DNA from: the human T2T-CHM13v2.0 reference genome, Homo sapiens
Length of the DNA stretch: 64,000 nt
NCBI RefSeq assembly: GCF_009914755.1
Contig: NC_060944.1
Reading direction: 5' to 3' (one strand)
The notes beneath the pieces are model-generated. The model had not been told where the DNA came from, did not search any database, and saw only the letters and a list, made by a program, of their open reading frames with translations. Both the position numbers and the translations under genes were made by a program. Positions 15,271 through 28,268 of this stretch are shown in pieces (the stretch's first letter is position 1; each line of letters opens with the position of its first letter).

Positions 15271-16326
15271 ACTTTTCTTTTATTGCTAGTGAGGCTCAAT
15301 GAATTTCAATTCCTTCCGTACAAATTGTATTTCCTAATAGAGAAGCAAAACACTGGTTAGAGAGAACTGGCTCAAGGCTCACAGGCCCAGTCCTGAGAGA
15401 CAACAGGGAGTAACAAGTGTTCTAATTATAGTGATCATTTAAATAATAGTAGCTGCCACTTATAGAGCATCTACTATATCAAGCATTGTGTCCATTCCCA
15501 TCCACTCATCATTGTGTTTCACTTCCTCGGATGCCATCCATTCAGGTTCCCTTTTGCAGATGGACAGCGTTGCTCAGACCCCAGCTTTATGGCTATAAAG
15601 TCCTCTCCATGATTTCTGCAAAGGGATTTTCTTTACTGTGTCCTCTGCAGGAATGTCTCTGTTACATCCCTATCTACTCAGCCTCTTCCCTTATCTGTCC
15701 AGGAACTCCACCCACACTGAGCATTTTGTGAGTTTTGTCAACTTGATTAAACTCTTGGGAGCTGCAGTAAGTAGGCAAGAGGCTTACACACACTGTCTGA
15801 CCAATGTCATTCTTCCCCGTTGCCTCCCTCTCTCTCATGAGCAACATACATTCCCCTCGCCATCTGCACAGCAGCATGGGAATCACCTTTGGTGGTTTTA
15901 TTCCCTGAAAGGGTTGGGTGCATGTCTCTCACCCTCCACAAGCTTATCAAAGTATTTTTTCCAAACATAGGGGGAAAAAAAAGAGAAAACAAAATGTTCT
16001 CTCTGGCTTTTAACATCTATAAATAAGGTAGGGTGCTAATGCTGCTCCATTTTGTAGATGAGAAAACTGAGGCTGGCAGAAATAAGACAATTTATCTAAG
16101 GTCCTAAGAACTTCTAAAGGATGCTGCCCTGGCAACAAGAACTACCTACTTGCCCTAAACGTGCAGTTCATCTTCTTGCCCCCCTGCCTTCTCTCCTGCT
16201 GTTTCCCTGCTGCTCACTGACTGCACCACAGTCTCCATTATCTCAATTTCTCCTGCACAAAAAGACCATATCCTCATCCTTCAACCCAGGAAACAGAGCT
16301 CAGCATATAAGGGTCGGAGAGGTCAG

Positions 16327-16327
<1 letters not shown>

Positions 16328-16357
<30 letters not shown>
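16328..16357. repeat. (CA)15 microsatellite
   Basis: Uninterrupted CA run. Confidence 0.95.
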
Positions 16358-16360
<3 letters not shown>

Positions 16361-16769
16361 CGTCATCATGGAATGTAAGGCAGTTGTGACCTTAAGACCT
16401 TACCCTCCAGCATCTCCAGCACTCAGTCTTGAGAACACGGAGACCTGGGGAAGCTCTGGAGTGGGGCACAGCTGCCTGGGCCATGGGTAGAGATCAGCTT
16501 GTACCAAGGCTGATGACTGACTCATTCACCCAGACACGTTTCCATTTTCTCAGCTCAGGCAGCTCCTAATGCAAAGCTGAAAATTCTCCTCTGCCTCATT
16601 GTGTGCCTGCTCTTGGAGGCGGGGTCTTTGGGTAGGTTTCTGAAGAGCAATTATGCTTATTACTGGTTAGGATTTCAGAAACCTTCTCTGTTTGCTGAGT
16701 GCATTAATTCTCAGCTCTTTCCATCACTCATTTTTCCTGACAGCCCCATTTTGCAGGTGTAAATGTGCA

Positions 16770-16992
16770 GATGGAGAGCAATGGAGAAAGCCTGTACAAA
16801 AAAACCAAAGATGGGGAAGAGAGAGTCAAGGATGGAAAGAGAGATTCCTAAGGACATTATTGGTGTCCGTGGCGTTCCCAAGGCATCACTGTGGACGCCT
16901 CAATTACGTGAACCAATACATTTCCTCCTTTCCTTAAACCAATTTGAGGCGAATTTCTCTCATATGCAATCATAAGGCTTCTGACTACTATG
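16770..16992 (+). mobile_element. MLT1-type LTR 3' fragment
   Basis: 'aattacgtgaaccaatacatttcctcctttccttaaaccaatttgag'. Confidence 0.6.
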
Positions 16993-17944
16993 CCTCTTAG
17001 ATGTGGCATGTTTAAAAACAAAACAAAAATGTTTTTATTGCATTTTAATTTGTTTTTACAAAATATAGACTCATTTTAAAACTGAAACCCTGTAAAACTG
17101 TATATGCTATGGATTTACAGCTAAGCATAACCAGTGAAACACAGTTACCTCTGTGCCCCTCCACACTCTCACTATAATTTAAGAGATCAAAGAGATGACC
17201 CACAGGATAAGGAGAAGGATAGAGAAGGCAACAGCAATGAAACCTTAGTGATGCTATGCAGCAAATGGACCAATGGAAACTGACTTAGCAGATCTAAGAA
17301 AGCTGAAACCTATGCAGGCAGTATAGAACCAGAAAATTCATCTAATTTATGCTATGGATCCCCACAAAGCTCAGGAATTGGCAATGTGCTGTGCCTCTTA
17401 AAAAAAGGTACAGTTGAAGCAAGAGGCTCTGGCCTTGAGGTGTTCCATCCCAAAACAGGGAAAGAGCTGAGTTACGTGAAAGGTATCACTTAAAGGCTGA
17501 GGCCTCATTCTCCTCTCTACTGTGACAGACTCAGGCTTTTACCCCACCAGTCGGAAAGATTCCACTCTGGGGAAAATGAGCAGCCCCGGAGAGAAGACCC
17601 AGAGATACTCATAGCTAGGGCTTACCCTGAGCAAATAGCCCAGCTATTATAGATTAGGTCTTTCTCAGCCAACACCTCTCTCTTACGTATTTATTAATAT
17701 GTACAGTAGCTCAAAAAGAAGGAAGGTTGTAATTGCATGCACGGTTCTGCCACTTGCTTTTTAAATTTAATTATGTACTATGGGTACATCCATATCTATC
17801 CATGTCAGTAATTAGGTGCAGTGGAGTTATATGTATGAAGAATAGGATTTTCACACTGTTTCCAAGTATCAACCTAAGGGTTATTTATTTACAGAGGTGG
17901 GAGGGTCCAGATCTGATGACCACTGCTTAGCCAAGGGATTGAAT

Positions 17945-18465
17945 TTAGCATCACCAGTGAGGGACAAGGGACAAACTGATACGACATGCCTTTCTGTGTG
18001 AGGTGCTAACAAGGACATGACATCACTCCAGAGCCATTGCCACCAATCTAATCAGGAAGAAGCAATCAGATGGATCCAAAGCATGAGATATTCTCCTCGA
18101 CTCTTCAAATATGTTAGTGTTATGGGGACGGGGGGCACTGGGAAAAGGCTATGGAACTGCTCTAGGTTGAAGGCAACTACAGAGATATGACATCTAATTG
18201 TAGGGCGTGGTCCTGGGTTGAATCCTAGATGGGAAAGAAACTAGCTGAAAAGGACATTTGGGAGACAGTTGGGAAAATTTGAGTATAGAATGTGGATTCA
18301 AATATAGAATGTAGCGAATGTATGGTATTAGCCTTGAATTTCCTGAGTATGGTGCAAATGTGACAAAATGTTGAAGGACTGGTGAATCTGGGTGAAGGAT
18401 ATATGGGTATTCATTGAACTTGTCTTGAACTTTTCTGAGGTTTATTTTTTTAAAAAATAAAAAGC
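17945..18465 (+). mobile_element. L1MC4/L1MC5-like 3' end
   Basis: 'aaaggacatttgggagacagttgggaaaatttgagtat...ggtgaatctgggtgaaggatatatggg' then A-rich end. Confidence 0.7.
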
Positions 18466-18504
18466 TAGGAAAGAAGAGAGTTGGCCTCTGAAATGTGCTC
18501 CACC

Positions 18505-18665
18505 CAAACCATTTGGGCAGGTGACTCAACTTCTCCAAGTGTCATTTCTTCCTCTGTAAAAGGGAGATAATAATAGAACCTACCTCATGAGGCTGTTGAC
18601 TTAAATGAAATAATGCCTGCAAAGTGCGTATCATAGTTCCTAGTAAATGTTAACTGTCATTATCA
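18505..18665 (+). mobile_element. MIR
   Basis: 'ttcttcctctgtaaaagggagataataatagaacctacctcat'. Confidence 0.7.
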
Positions 18666-19639
18666 TCTGCCTCACTCTCTTTAATGGATGTATAATTCCA
18701 TTGTCTTCAGTTTCTCTTCATTTGGCAGCAAAAGTCATCACCCAGCTAATGAGCTCTGTGGTTTTCTCGTCAGTGCAAGACAAGGTGGTCACAATTTGTG
18801 CTGTCTGCTACTGCTTGGAGCAAAAAGAGGTCTTGCTCTGACTGTTGACTTTGGATGCCTGACTGTGGACACCTGTGGTTTAGAGCCCCTTTCCCTACCT
18901 CCCTAGGGAAACAGAACCCCTTTCTCTGTGTGTGGAACACATTAAATGTGGTTCTCCACCACCACAGTGGTAGCTACTCACCCAGACCTGGACAAAGTTC
19001 TCTTTTTGCCTGGCCATAGTGGTTACTTTAAGGATAAGCATCATCTCAGACAGTCATCTCTGGGAGATATTTGCCAGCACAATCTGGAATACCCATGATG
19101 AACCAGAAATACACAAGTAGGTGAAGGCTAGTCCTGGTCCCAGGGAATCCTTGGGCCTAGAAAGGGGAGACAGACAATATGCAGATCCAACTCCCCAGGA
19201 CTCCAAATCCCAAAAGTACTCCAAAAGAATCAATACTTTTTCACCTCTCTGTCACCTTCAAATGAGGCACCAAAATTGAACTTCTCAGAAACTTGCTTTA
19301 TCTGCAAGGGCAAAGATTTAAGGTTCACTCTGAAACACCTGGAGGAGCAATTTTCTTCCAATTACCACTGGTTTCTCATCAACACCATTCCTCCTGGGGG
19401 CCATTTATAGAGGGGAGATAGTACCAGATGATAATGTCAGGGAACCGGCACTATTAAATAACTTCTGGAAATCCCCAAGGTTTAATGATAATTCTGTTCC
19501 TTTTAACTCCTAACTTCTTCCTCTTCTTTTTTTAAGCACTCTCCAGTTATTTCGTTTTATTGTGTTTAGGCCATCCTTTGACGCAAATAGGACGAATATA
19601 GTCATATCCATCTCTCTAATCGCAGAGGGTGGTTCAGTT

Positions 19640-19875
19640 CACAGAGGAGAGCAGTCTCTAGCATCAGACTGCCTGCATTCCCTCTTGGCTCTGTCAATGA
19701 GCAGATTTGTAACCAGTGACTCTGCATCTCTAGGCTTCAGTTCCCTCATCTGTAAAATGGGGGTAAAAAGTACCTACCGCATAACGCTGTGGTAAGACCA
19801 AGATAAAATAATGAATGCAATGCAAGACCTGGCACATAGTAAGTGCTCAATAAGTATCAGCTTTATTATTATTAT
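19640..19875 (+). mobile_element. MIR
   Basis: 'cttcagttccctcatctgtaaaatgggg...cctggcacatagtaagtgctcaataa'. Confidence 0.8.
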
Positions 19876-20531
19876 AGACAGTCCAGGGGTGAAATGTAGA
19901 CAAACAATTACAAAGAGCTGCTAGGTAGAAGCACAGCACTAGACACCGAGGCAGATCCAAAGAAAATTGTCCCTGCTCTCAAGGCTCTCACAACTAAGTT
20001 GGGGAAAGAGAAAAAATGCAGGGGTAAACAAAACAAAAATGAAAGCAATTAGAAAAGAGTCCCCTGTAAGGGATGTTCAAGGTGACTTCAATAGTTAGAC
20101 ACACAGTAGAGGCATTTGGGTGAAATCCGCAAGGCAAGGACAGCAACCAGTTCATCTCTGTGGCTGGGCATCAGCATAGAATCAAGCCCAAGGAGATGCT
20201 CAGGTGAGTGGCTATATAAATGCTTAAGTGTTCAGAATGGGAAAATGTGTTAAAAGACACACATGGTTTGAGAAGTGTCTTGCCACATTCTCACGGCGAA
20301 GTAATGTTAGAGGGTCATAGAGCTGGCCTGATCTAGAATCCAGGTCTGCCTGACATCAAAGCTCCCAATCTTTCAATGACATCCTGTTGCCTTCATTGAT
20401 TTATCTCTAAATCTCTACAAATTCTGAAGTATAATAGGTGTCCACTCCATATTGATGGAGAGGATGGAAGGATAAGTAGATGGTGTTTGGTGAAGAGAGA
20501 GATTGACTGATGGTGAATGAGTAGTAGGTAA

Positions 20532-20844
20532 GTGGGTGGATAGGTGGATAGTAGATGAATGGATGGACAGTGGATAGATGCGTAAGGAATGGTCGGTGGA
20601 TAGGTGGATAGTAGATGAATGGATGGACAGTGGATAGATGCATAAGGAATGGTGGGTGGATAGGTGGATAGTAGATGAATGGATGGACAGTGGATAGATG
20701 CGTAAGGAATGGTGGGTGGATAGGTGGATAGTAGATGAATGGATGGACAGTGGATAGATGATGCGTAAGGAATGGTGGGTGGATAGGTGGATAGTAGATG
20801 AATGGATGGACAGTGAATAGATGCATAAGGAATGGTGGGTGGAT
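20532..20844. repeat. 60-bp minisatellite, ~5.2 copies, inside a degenerate (TGGA)n field (~20450-20940)
   Basis: Lines 20521-20821 repeat in register; unit gtgggtggataggtggatagtagatgaatggatggacagtggatagatgc(g/a)taaggaatg; one unit carries an extra ATG. Confidence 0.97.
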
Positions 20845-21319
20845 GAATTGTAGGTGGATGGCTAGTTGAGAGATGAGTGGATGGTGGGGACATGGGTGGA
20901 TGGTGGGTAGATGGTCAAAGGCACAAAATTGGATGGACAGTAGACCAGAGTAAAGTGGGAATAAAGAAGCAGCCACATATAGTCAGGTACTTAAGAGCCC
21001 AGTTATCTCTTGTTAAAATAACAGCTACTTAATGCTATTCAATAAGTACTATAATTCAATAAGTGCTTATGTGCCAGAGCCTGTGCTAAGCTCTTTACAG
21101 AGATCACCTCCTCCAATCCTCAGAAAAATCCCAAGGTCGTTATTATTATACCCATAAGGGAACTGGAGCTTAAGGAGGCAAGTCTCCAAGTTGCTTGGCA
21201 AGTAGTAGGCAGATTCAGTGCTCAGACTCAAACTGCTCAAAACTCCAAACTGCTCTTAACGTTTGTGCCAAATAGCAGTGACTGACCTTCTTCTTCCCAG
21301 CAGAAGTTCATAATACAAA

Positions 21320-21518
21320 TCAGGAATCAGGAAATATTTCCCAGGGAAGGAGACACCTGAGCCGAGTCTTAAACACCAACAGAAGAAAGGGCTTTCAAGG
21401 CAGAAAGAACAGAGAGCCTGGCACCAAGACATGTAAGAATGGGGCCAAAATGAAGACAAGGCTGGACAGGTAGGCTGGGAGCAAATCATGGAGGCCCTTG
21501 GGTGCCACATATAGAACA
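21320..21518 (-). mobile_element. L2 fragment
   Basis: 'ttcccagggaaggagacacctgagccgagtcttaaa...gctggacaggtaggctgggagcaaatcatggagg'. Confidence 0.65.
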
Positions 21519-21519
21519 A

Positions 21520-21765
21520 TTAATAACAATATTGTGAGTCGAGAATGCTGCCAAGTCCGTTTACTTGTATTATCTCATCTAATTCTCTCAACTATCTGAG
21601 AATAACTGCTACTATGAACCCATTTTGCAGCTGAGGACACTGATCCTCCAAAAGATTCTGTACCTTGCTGAATGTCACACAGCTAGTAAGTGGCAAAGCC
21701 ACGACATGAGCCCAGGTCTCTCTGACTCCATACTCCATGCTCTTAACCACCAAGCTGTACTGCCC
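21520..21765 (-). mobile_element. MIR
   Basis: 'gtcacacagctagtaagtggcaaagcc...ctgactccatactccatgctcttaaccac'. Confidence 0.8.
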
Positions 21766-22721
21766 TATGTCAGCTTGAACTTTATCCATTCCACAAGGGT
21801 TTGGATTCATTCTGTCTAGTGGGAAGCCATCAAAATCTTTGAATCAGCAATAATCTGATAAAGTGTGTGCTATTAGAAGTATCCTCTCCGATGACTCTGG
21901 AAGTTGGACAGAGGAAGACAAGGCTGGTGTCTTTTGTAAGCCCCCCTTTGACTGGCCTCTTCTGCAAGCCTGCCTTTGCCCAGATAGCCTGCATCCCTCC
22001 TTCCAGACCCTGGAGCCCATTCACTAAATGGGAGGCCAAGATCTGCTGTGTGATCTTAAGCAGGACCTGACCCTCGCTGGGCCTCAGCTTTCTTAGGTGA
22101 AATAAGAAGAGACTGGGCTCACACATCCTTAAGAATCTCTCCAGCTCTGACATTATAGCTTCCCTCTGATGTTCTCTGGGACTGTGCAGCTAAATGTACC
22201 ACTTTTAGCCACTTAGCCTCAGGAAAGTTGACATCTGCATTTTTTTCTCACTACCATGAATTTTCGATGGCTCTTCCTCCCAATATAAAAGAGTTATTTT
22301 TGGCTACTGTTCAATATAAAGCTTTTGTTCTCCCAGCCCTCAGATGTCATCATCAGCTTGTCTCTGCAGAATCCTCTTCAAGACACCTTTGCCTTCCAGA
22401 GCCACAGCTCCAAGGGGGAAGCTATTTGCAAGCCCCTGACAGTGTGTAATCACTGATTGCGTGTAGCTGAGGAGTTGTCAACAAGTAGCATGATGCCGGG
22501 GGTTGGCTCTTGAAATGCCAGTAGAGGTGTCAACTGCCACTTGCTGGAGACACTGGAGAAGGTTTGCATTCCATTTAAATGTGGCCCAAGAACTAAACTG
22601 GGGAGAGGGGAGACTAACTGTAAACAAAATGGGGAACATGACCTCCGGCCCTGCCCTGAAAAGTATTCAGGTTGGACTGGTCCTGCCAGTGCTGATGGAA
22701 GGGCAGGCACTATTGTGAGCA

Positions 22722-22968
22722 GTGGGCAATATAGTGTGGTATTTGTAGGTGTGGATGTTAAAGCCAGACTGCCTGGGTTCAAAGCCCAGCTCCAATCCTT
22801 ACGGGAGCTGCAACCTTGGGCAAATTATTTAACATCTCAGTGCTTCAGTTTCCCCATCTGGAAAATGGGGATATTGTGGGTTTAAGTGAGGCGTTGTGTG
22901 TGACATCATTAGAACAGTACCAAGCACATAGTAAATGCTCAATAAGATATTGGCTGCTATTATTATTA
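22722..22968 (+). mobile_element. MIR
   Basis: 'gccagactgcctgggttcaaagcccagctc...cttgggcaaattatttaacatctcagtgcttcagtttccccatctg'. Confidence 0.85.
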
Positions 22969-23021
22969 GGACTCTAGGGGCAGTGAGAGGCCCCACTGAC
23001 CTGAAGAAGTAAGCATGCCAT

Positions 23022-23172
23022 AAGGTAGTAGTCCAAATTGTGGTCCACAGGTTCACCAGGGAACTTACTAGAAATGCAAATTCTCACACCCCATCCAGCC
23101 CCACTGAATTAGAATCTCTGGTGGTGGGAGCCATAAATCTGGATTTTAATGAGCCCTCTGGGTGATGTGATG
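23022..23172 (+). mobile_element. MER5A (hAT-Charlie)
   Basis: 'gaacttactagaaatgcaaattctc...cactgaattagaatctctgg'. Confidence 0.7.
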
Positions 23173-24004
23173 CCAGAGGCATCCCTCCATCCCTCCTAAA
23201 CCACTCCTCATGGGCCACTTCCCTCAGAGGGAGAAAGACGGCAGCACTGGCTGTGGGACATACAATGGATCTTTTTCTTTACCTGTGCCTCACTTTTTCC
23301 GCTGTAAAATGAGGTAAAAATACAGGGCTGTTGTTAGGAGTCAATGAAATAAGGGATAGGACAAGCTGAATATCCCATCCCATCTCTGTTTTATCTTCTC
23401 AGAAGACCTTAGGAAAATGTCCCTAGAATGAGAGGCAGGCCCCAGCAGACTCAACAACCGGCCCAGCCATCTGTAAACGTGGGGGCAGGGGGCTTCAGAC
23501 TTGGTGACCAAGGGAGGGAAAACGGGTAGGGATCACCAGGACTTAAATCTTGGCTTTGGCAGAGCAACAGAGGCAATTTACTTCACCCCCCTGAGACTTT
23601 CTGTAAAATGAAAACAATCATAGTTCCATTCAGGGTTGTTAAGACAACTAAATGAAATCTCTTGCCCAAGAGAACCTTATTAAGCACCTACCCGTGCAGG
23701 CTGTGTTCTGGCCCTGAAGGTACAGTAGTGAATAAGACATGCTACCTGCCATGGCAGAGCTGACGCTCTAATGAGGCAGACACATATTCAATACCTCATT
23801 ATAAAATTAATTATCTTGTTACAATTGTGATAGATACATGGTGACCTAACAGGGACCCACCTAAACTGGGAGGTTAAGGAAGGGTGAAGGCATGACGGTC
23901 AAGAGCAAGAATTCAGTGGGCAGAGTTGGAAGGTCAGGGGTGATATTCAGTTAGAAGCAATAGCACATATGAAAGATGGGAATGAGCATCAGCAATTGCA
24001 GGAC

Positions 24005-24314
24005 TTTTTTTTTTTTTTTTTTTTGAGACAGAGTCATGCTCTGTCATGCTCTGTCGCCCAGGCTGGAGTGCAGTGCTCCAGCCTGGATCACTGCAACCTC
24101 TGTCGCCCAGGTTCAAGTGATCCTTGTACCTCAGCCACCCAAGTAGCTGGAATTACAGGCGTACACCGCCATGTCCGGCTAATATTTATATTTTTAGGAG
24201 AGACAGGGTTTTGCCATGTTGGCCAGCTGGTCTCGAACTCCAGACCTCAAGTGATTTGCCTGCCTCGGCCTCCTAAAATGTTGGGATTACAAGCATGAGC
24301 CACTGCACCCAGCT
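24005..24314 (-). mobile_element. Alu (old S/J type) with internal 10-bp duplication 'catgctctgt'
   Basis: Poly-T followed by an antisense dimer. Confidence 0.93.
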
Positions 24315-24382
24315 GACAATTGCCAAATCTTCAAGGCCACCTTGAGAATTTTGAGCAATAAGAAGCAATCAGAGGATTTTCA

Positions 24383-26030
<1,648 letters not shown>

Positions 26031-26689
26031 CAACAACTTTGCTTCAGAGAGGAGAACTGATTTGGTTGGAGACCAATTAGAAGACATTTGCAGATAAGAG
26101 ATGAGATGACGTGTCTGTACTAGGCTGTGGCAGTGAGGATAGAGAAGTAGGCAGATCCAAGAGCTATTTAGGAGGTAAACATAATACACAAAATACCATG
26201 CAGCATAAGGCTGGCACCTAGTAGGCTCACTCTCAGTTGCTTTCTCTGTCAGTTATATGAGCCATTTGTATCACAGACAACTTCCCAATAGGTATCTGCA
26301 ACTTCTGCCAATCAAAGCATGCTGTGGCCTTGTAGTTTCAGAAGGGGAAGGAGACAGGGACAATAGTCAGGCAAGTGGGCAGAGGAAACACTGGAGACCC
26401 AGTAGAACAGAAATTCATAGGACTGCAGGGCAGACTGGTATTAAGGCACACCTGAGGTATGAACAGGATCTCAGGTGATGGCTGCAGAGAGTCAACCAGC
26501 CCCCATCCATGAATAAGGATACCAAGGTAAAGGTGGCAAGTGACTCTGGCAGGCTTGTAGGAGGTTGCCATGACCTCTCCCTGAATCTGCTCGAATTTTC
26601 CTTCTCATCTGAGGCTTTGAGCCCCGACTTTAGGACCTCAGAAGAGAGCCATGAATCGTGGGTTAAATTTCAGGACTAATTATTTCCTC

Positions 26690-26703
26690 GGGTGACGTCA
26701 CCC
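26690..26703. promoter_or_regulatory. Full-site CRE (TGACGTCA) in a 14-bp perfect palindrome GGGTGACGTCACCC; AP-1 site TGAGTCA at 26767-26773
   Basis: Motifs read directly from the sequence; function is unproven. Confidence 0.4.
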
Positions 26704-27148
26704 TCAAATCTTGGAGCCAGAGATTGAATTCTGTGCAGTGAGACCTGGAATGGGAGTCATTAGACCTGAGTCATCATCCTGGTTCTGACTCTGAGACTAT
26801 GGGTGGCTTATTTTCACTTTCTAGGCTTTGACTTCTTCATTTGAAAAACGAACAAGTTGATCTCTAAGGATTCATCCGGCTTTAAAAATAAGGGTATTCT
26901 ACTTGAAGGATGTTTATTTTAGCCATCCTAATCCTGCAACATATGTAAATTTTAAAAGTTTACTGAAAGGAATAGAGCAGGATAAAATAAATAGATTAGG
27001 AAATTGAGATGAAGAGAAAGTAAGAGGAGGCCAAGGGTTAGAATATAGACTTATCATTTGCTAGAGATGTACCTTATCCTTAACCTGAAGATGAAATTTA
27101 TGTCCAAGCTTTCTAGCAGCCAAAGCAAAGAGATGGCCAAAGAGATGT

Positions 27149-27352
27149 TAGGGCTGTTCAACAGAAATTTCTTCAATGGAGGAAATGTCCTGCAGCTGCA
27201 ATGTTCTACTCTAGCAACCACTACCCACATGTGGCTATTGAGCACTTGAAATGTGGCTGGCATGACTGAGGACTGGAATTTTACATACTTACTTAATTTT
27301 AATTAATGTAAATTGGAGTAGCCACATGTGGTTATACTGGACATGCAGTGTT
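27149..27352 (+). mobile_element. MER3 (hAT-Charlie)
   Basis: 'cacatgtggctattgagcacttgaaatgtggct...agtagccacatgtgg'. Confidence 0.85.
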
Positions 27353-27376
27353 AGATAATTTACAATGTTTGTTCCA

Positions 27377-28268
27377 TGTGCCAATTACAAACGTACTGCT
27401 TCTCAGCTCCAAAGTCTCCCTTTATTGCCTGGTCTGCAATAATAGAGTTGGGCCTTGTGAAGATTCTTCCTTTGCCAGGCAGCACAATGTTAAGCTTTGA
27501 CATGAGGGGACACAGAAGAGACACTGAAGGAGAAAGGTGTTTCTCTTCCTTTTCCCAGTGCACTTCTCTCCACAGGCTTTTATGGTTTATGCATCACCTG
27601 GTTCTGGAAGTGCAGGCTGCTTTTGCAGGTTCTAGCTCCAGTAGCACATGTGGCTTCTCCAGTGTCTGGCTTCTGCAGTGCATGTGGCTTCTGCAGCACC
27701 TGGGTCCAGTCTTGGCTTCAACTTCCAACTCCTAAAAGGCAGGCACCAGTCCCTACAGGGTGCAGCAGCCAGCAGTACCCAAATGCAAACAGGTTTCCCC
27801 AGAAACTCCTTAGGTGACTTCAGAGTGGAATGCCACAGATGAGGTACCTCCCTGTGAACTGCCTCTGGTGGCTCCCCTTTGGGCAGATTTCCAGCAAGTT
27901 TCAAGGCACAGCATCTCTGCATGGATGGTCCTCATTGGGATGCAGGAGGGAAGATTTCAGCAAGTCCCGCTGGGGCAGTAGCTTGGACACTGCTCCACTA
28001 GTCAGTGAGCCACAGCCATGCCTTCTCCAACAAGGTCTGGATCACAGTGTGGAGCTCGGGGATCGTCCTCGAGCACTCCATCTCAGTCCTAAGAGTAGTG
28101 GGTACTCCTCATACCTGCTATTCCTGCATTCTTTACAGTTCTTCACTTCTTACCAGCCAATCCCTTATTACGCCAATTCTCTCCTATAGTTAACCGTGTT
28201 CATATTAAACTTTCTCTGTTCAAATTACTGTACAGTTTTTATCCCCTGACTAGACTCTGGCTGACATA
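27377..28268 (+). mobile_element. LTR41-family ERV-L 5' LTR
   Basis: Starts 'tgtgccaattacaaacgtactgcttctcagctccaaa'; ends 'attaaactttctctgttcaaattactg...ctggctgacata'; collinear with the second copy at 32948. Confidence 0.8.

Noticed and set aside
17130-17640. Possible unique regulatory or exonic segment
   Set aside because: It looks more like a decayed L1M 5' region, and I could not support either call.
20201-20209. Isolated consensus splice donors (CAG|GTGAGT at 20201; TAG|GTAAGT at 38398; minus-strand at ~6321 and ~62899)
   Set aside because: No convincing paired acceptor or coherent reading frame; the frequency is compatible with chance in 64 kb.
20532-20844. Regularly spaced repeats as a CRISPR-like array
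   Set aside because: Units are contiguous with no unique spacers, there are no cas genes, and the context is eukaryotic.
27498-27515. CTCF site that I recall LTR41 consensus carrying (gtcagtagagggcgc-like)
   Set aside because: The core is degenerate in both LTR copies (tgacatgaggggacac here; tgtcagtaaagaatgc at 33052), so binding is not supported by the sequence.
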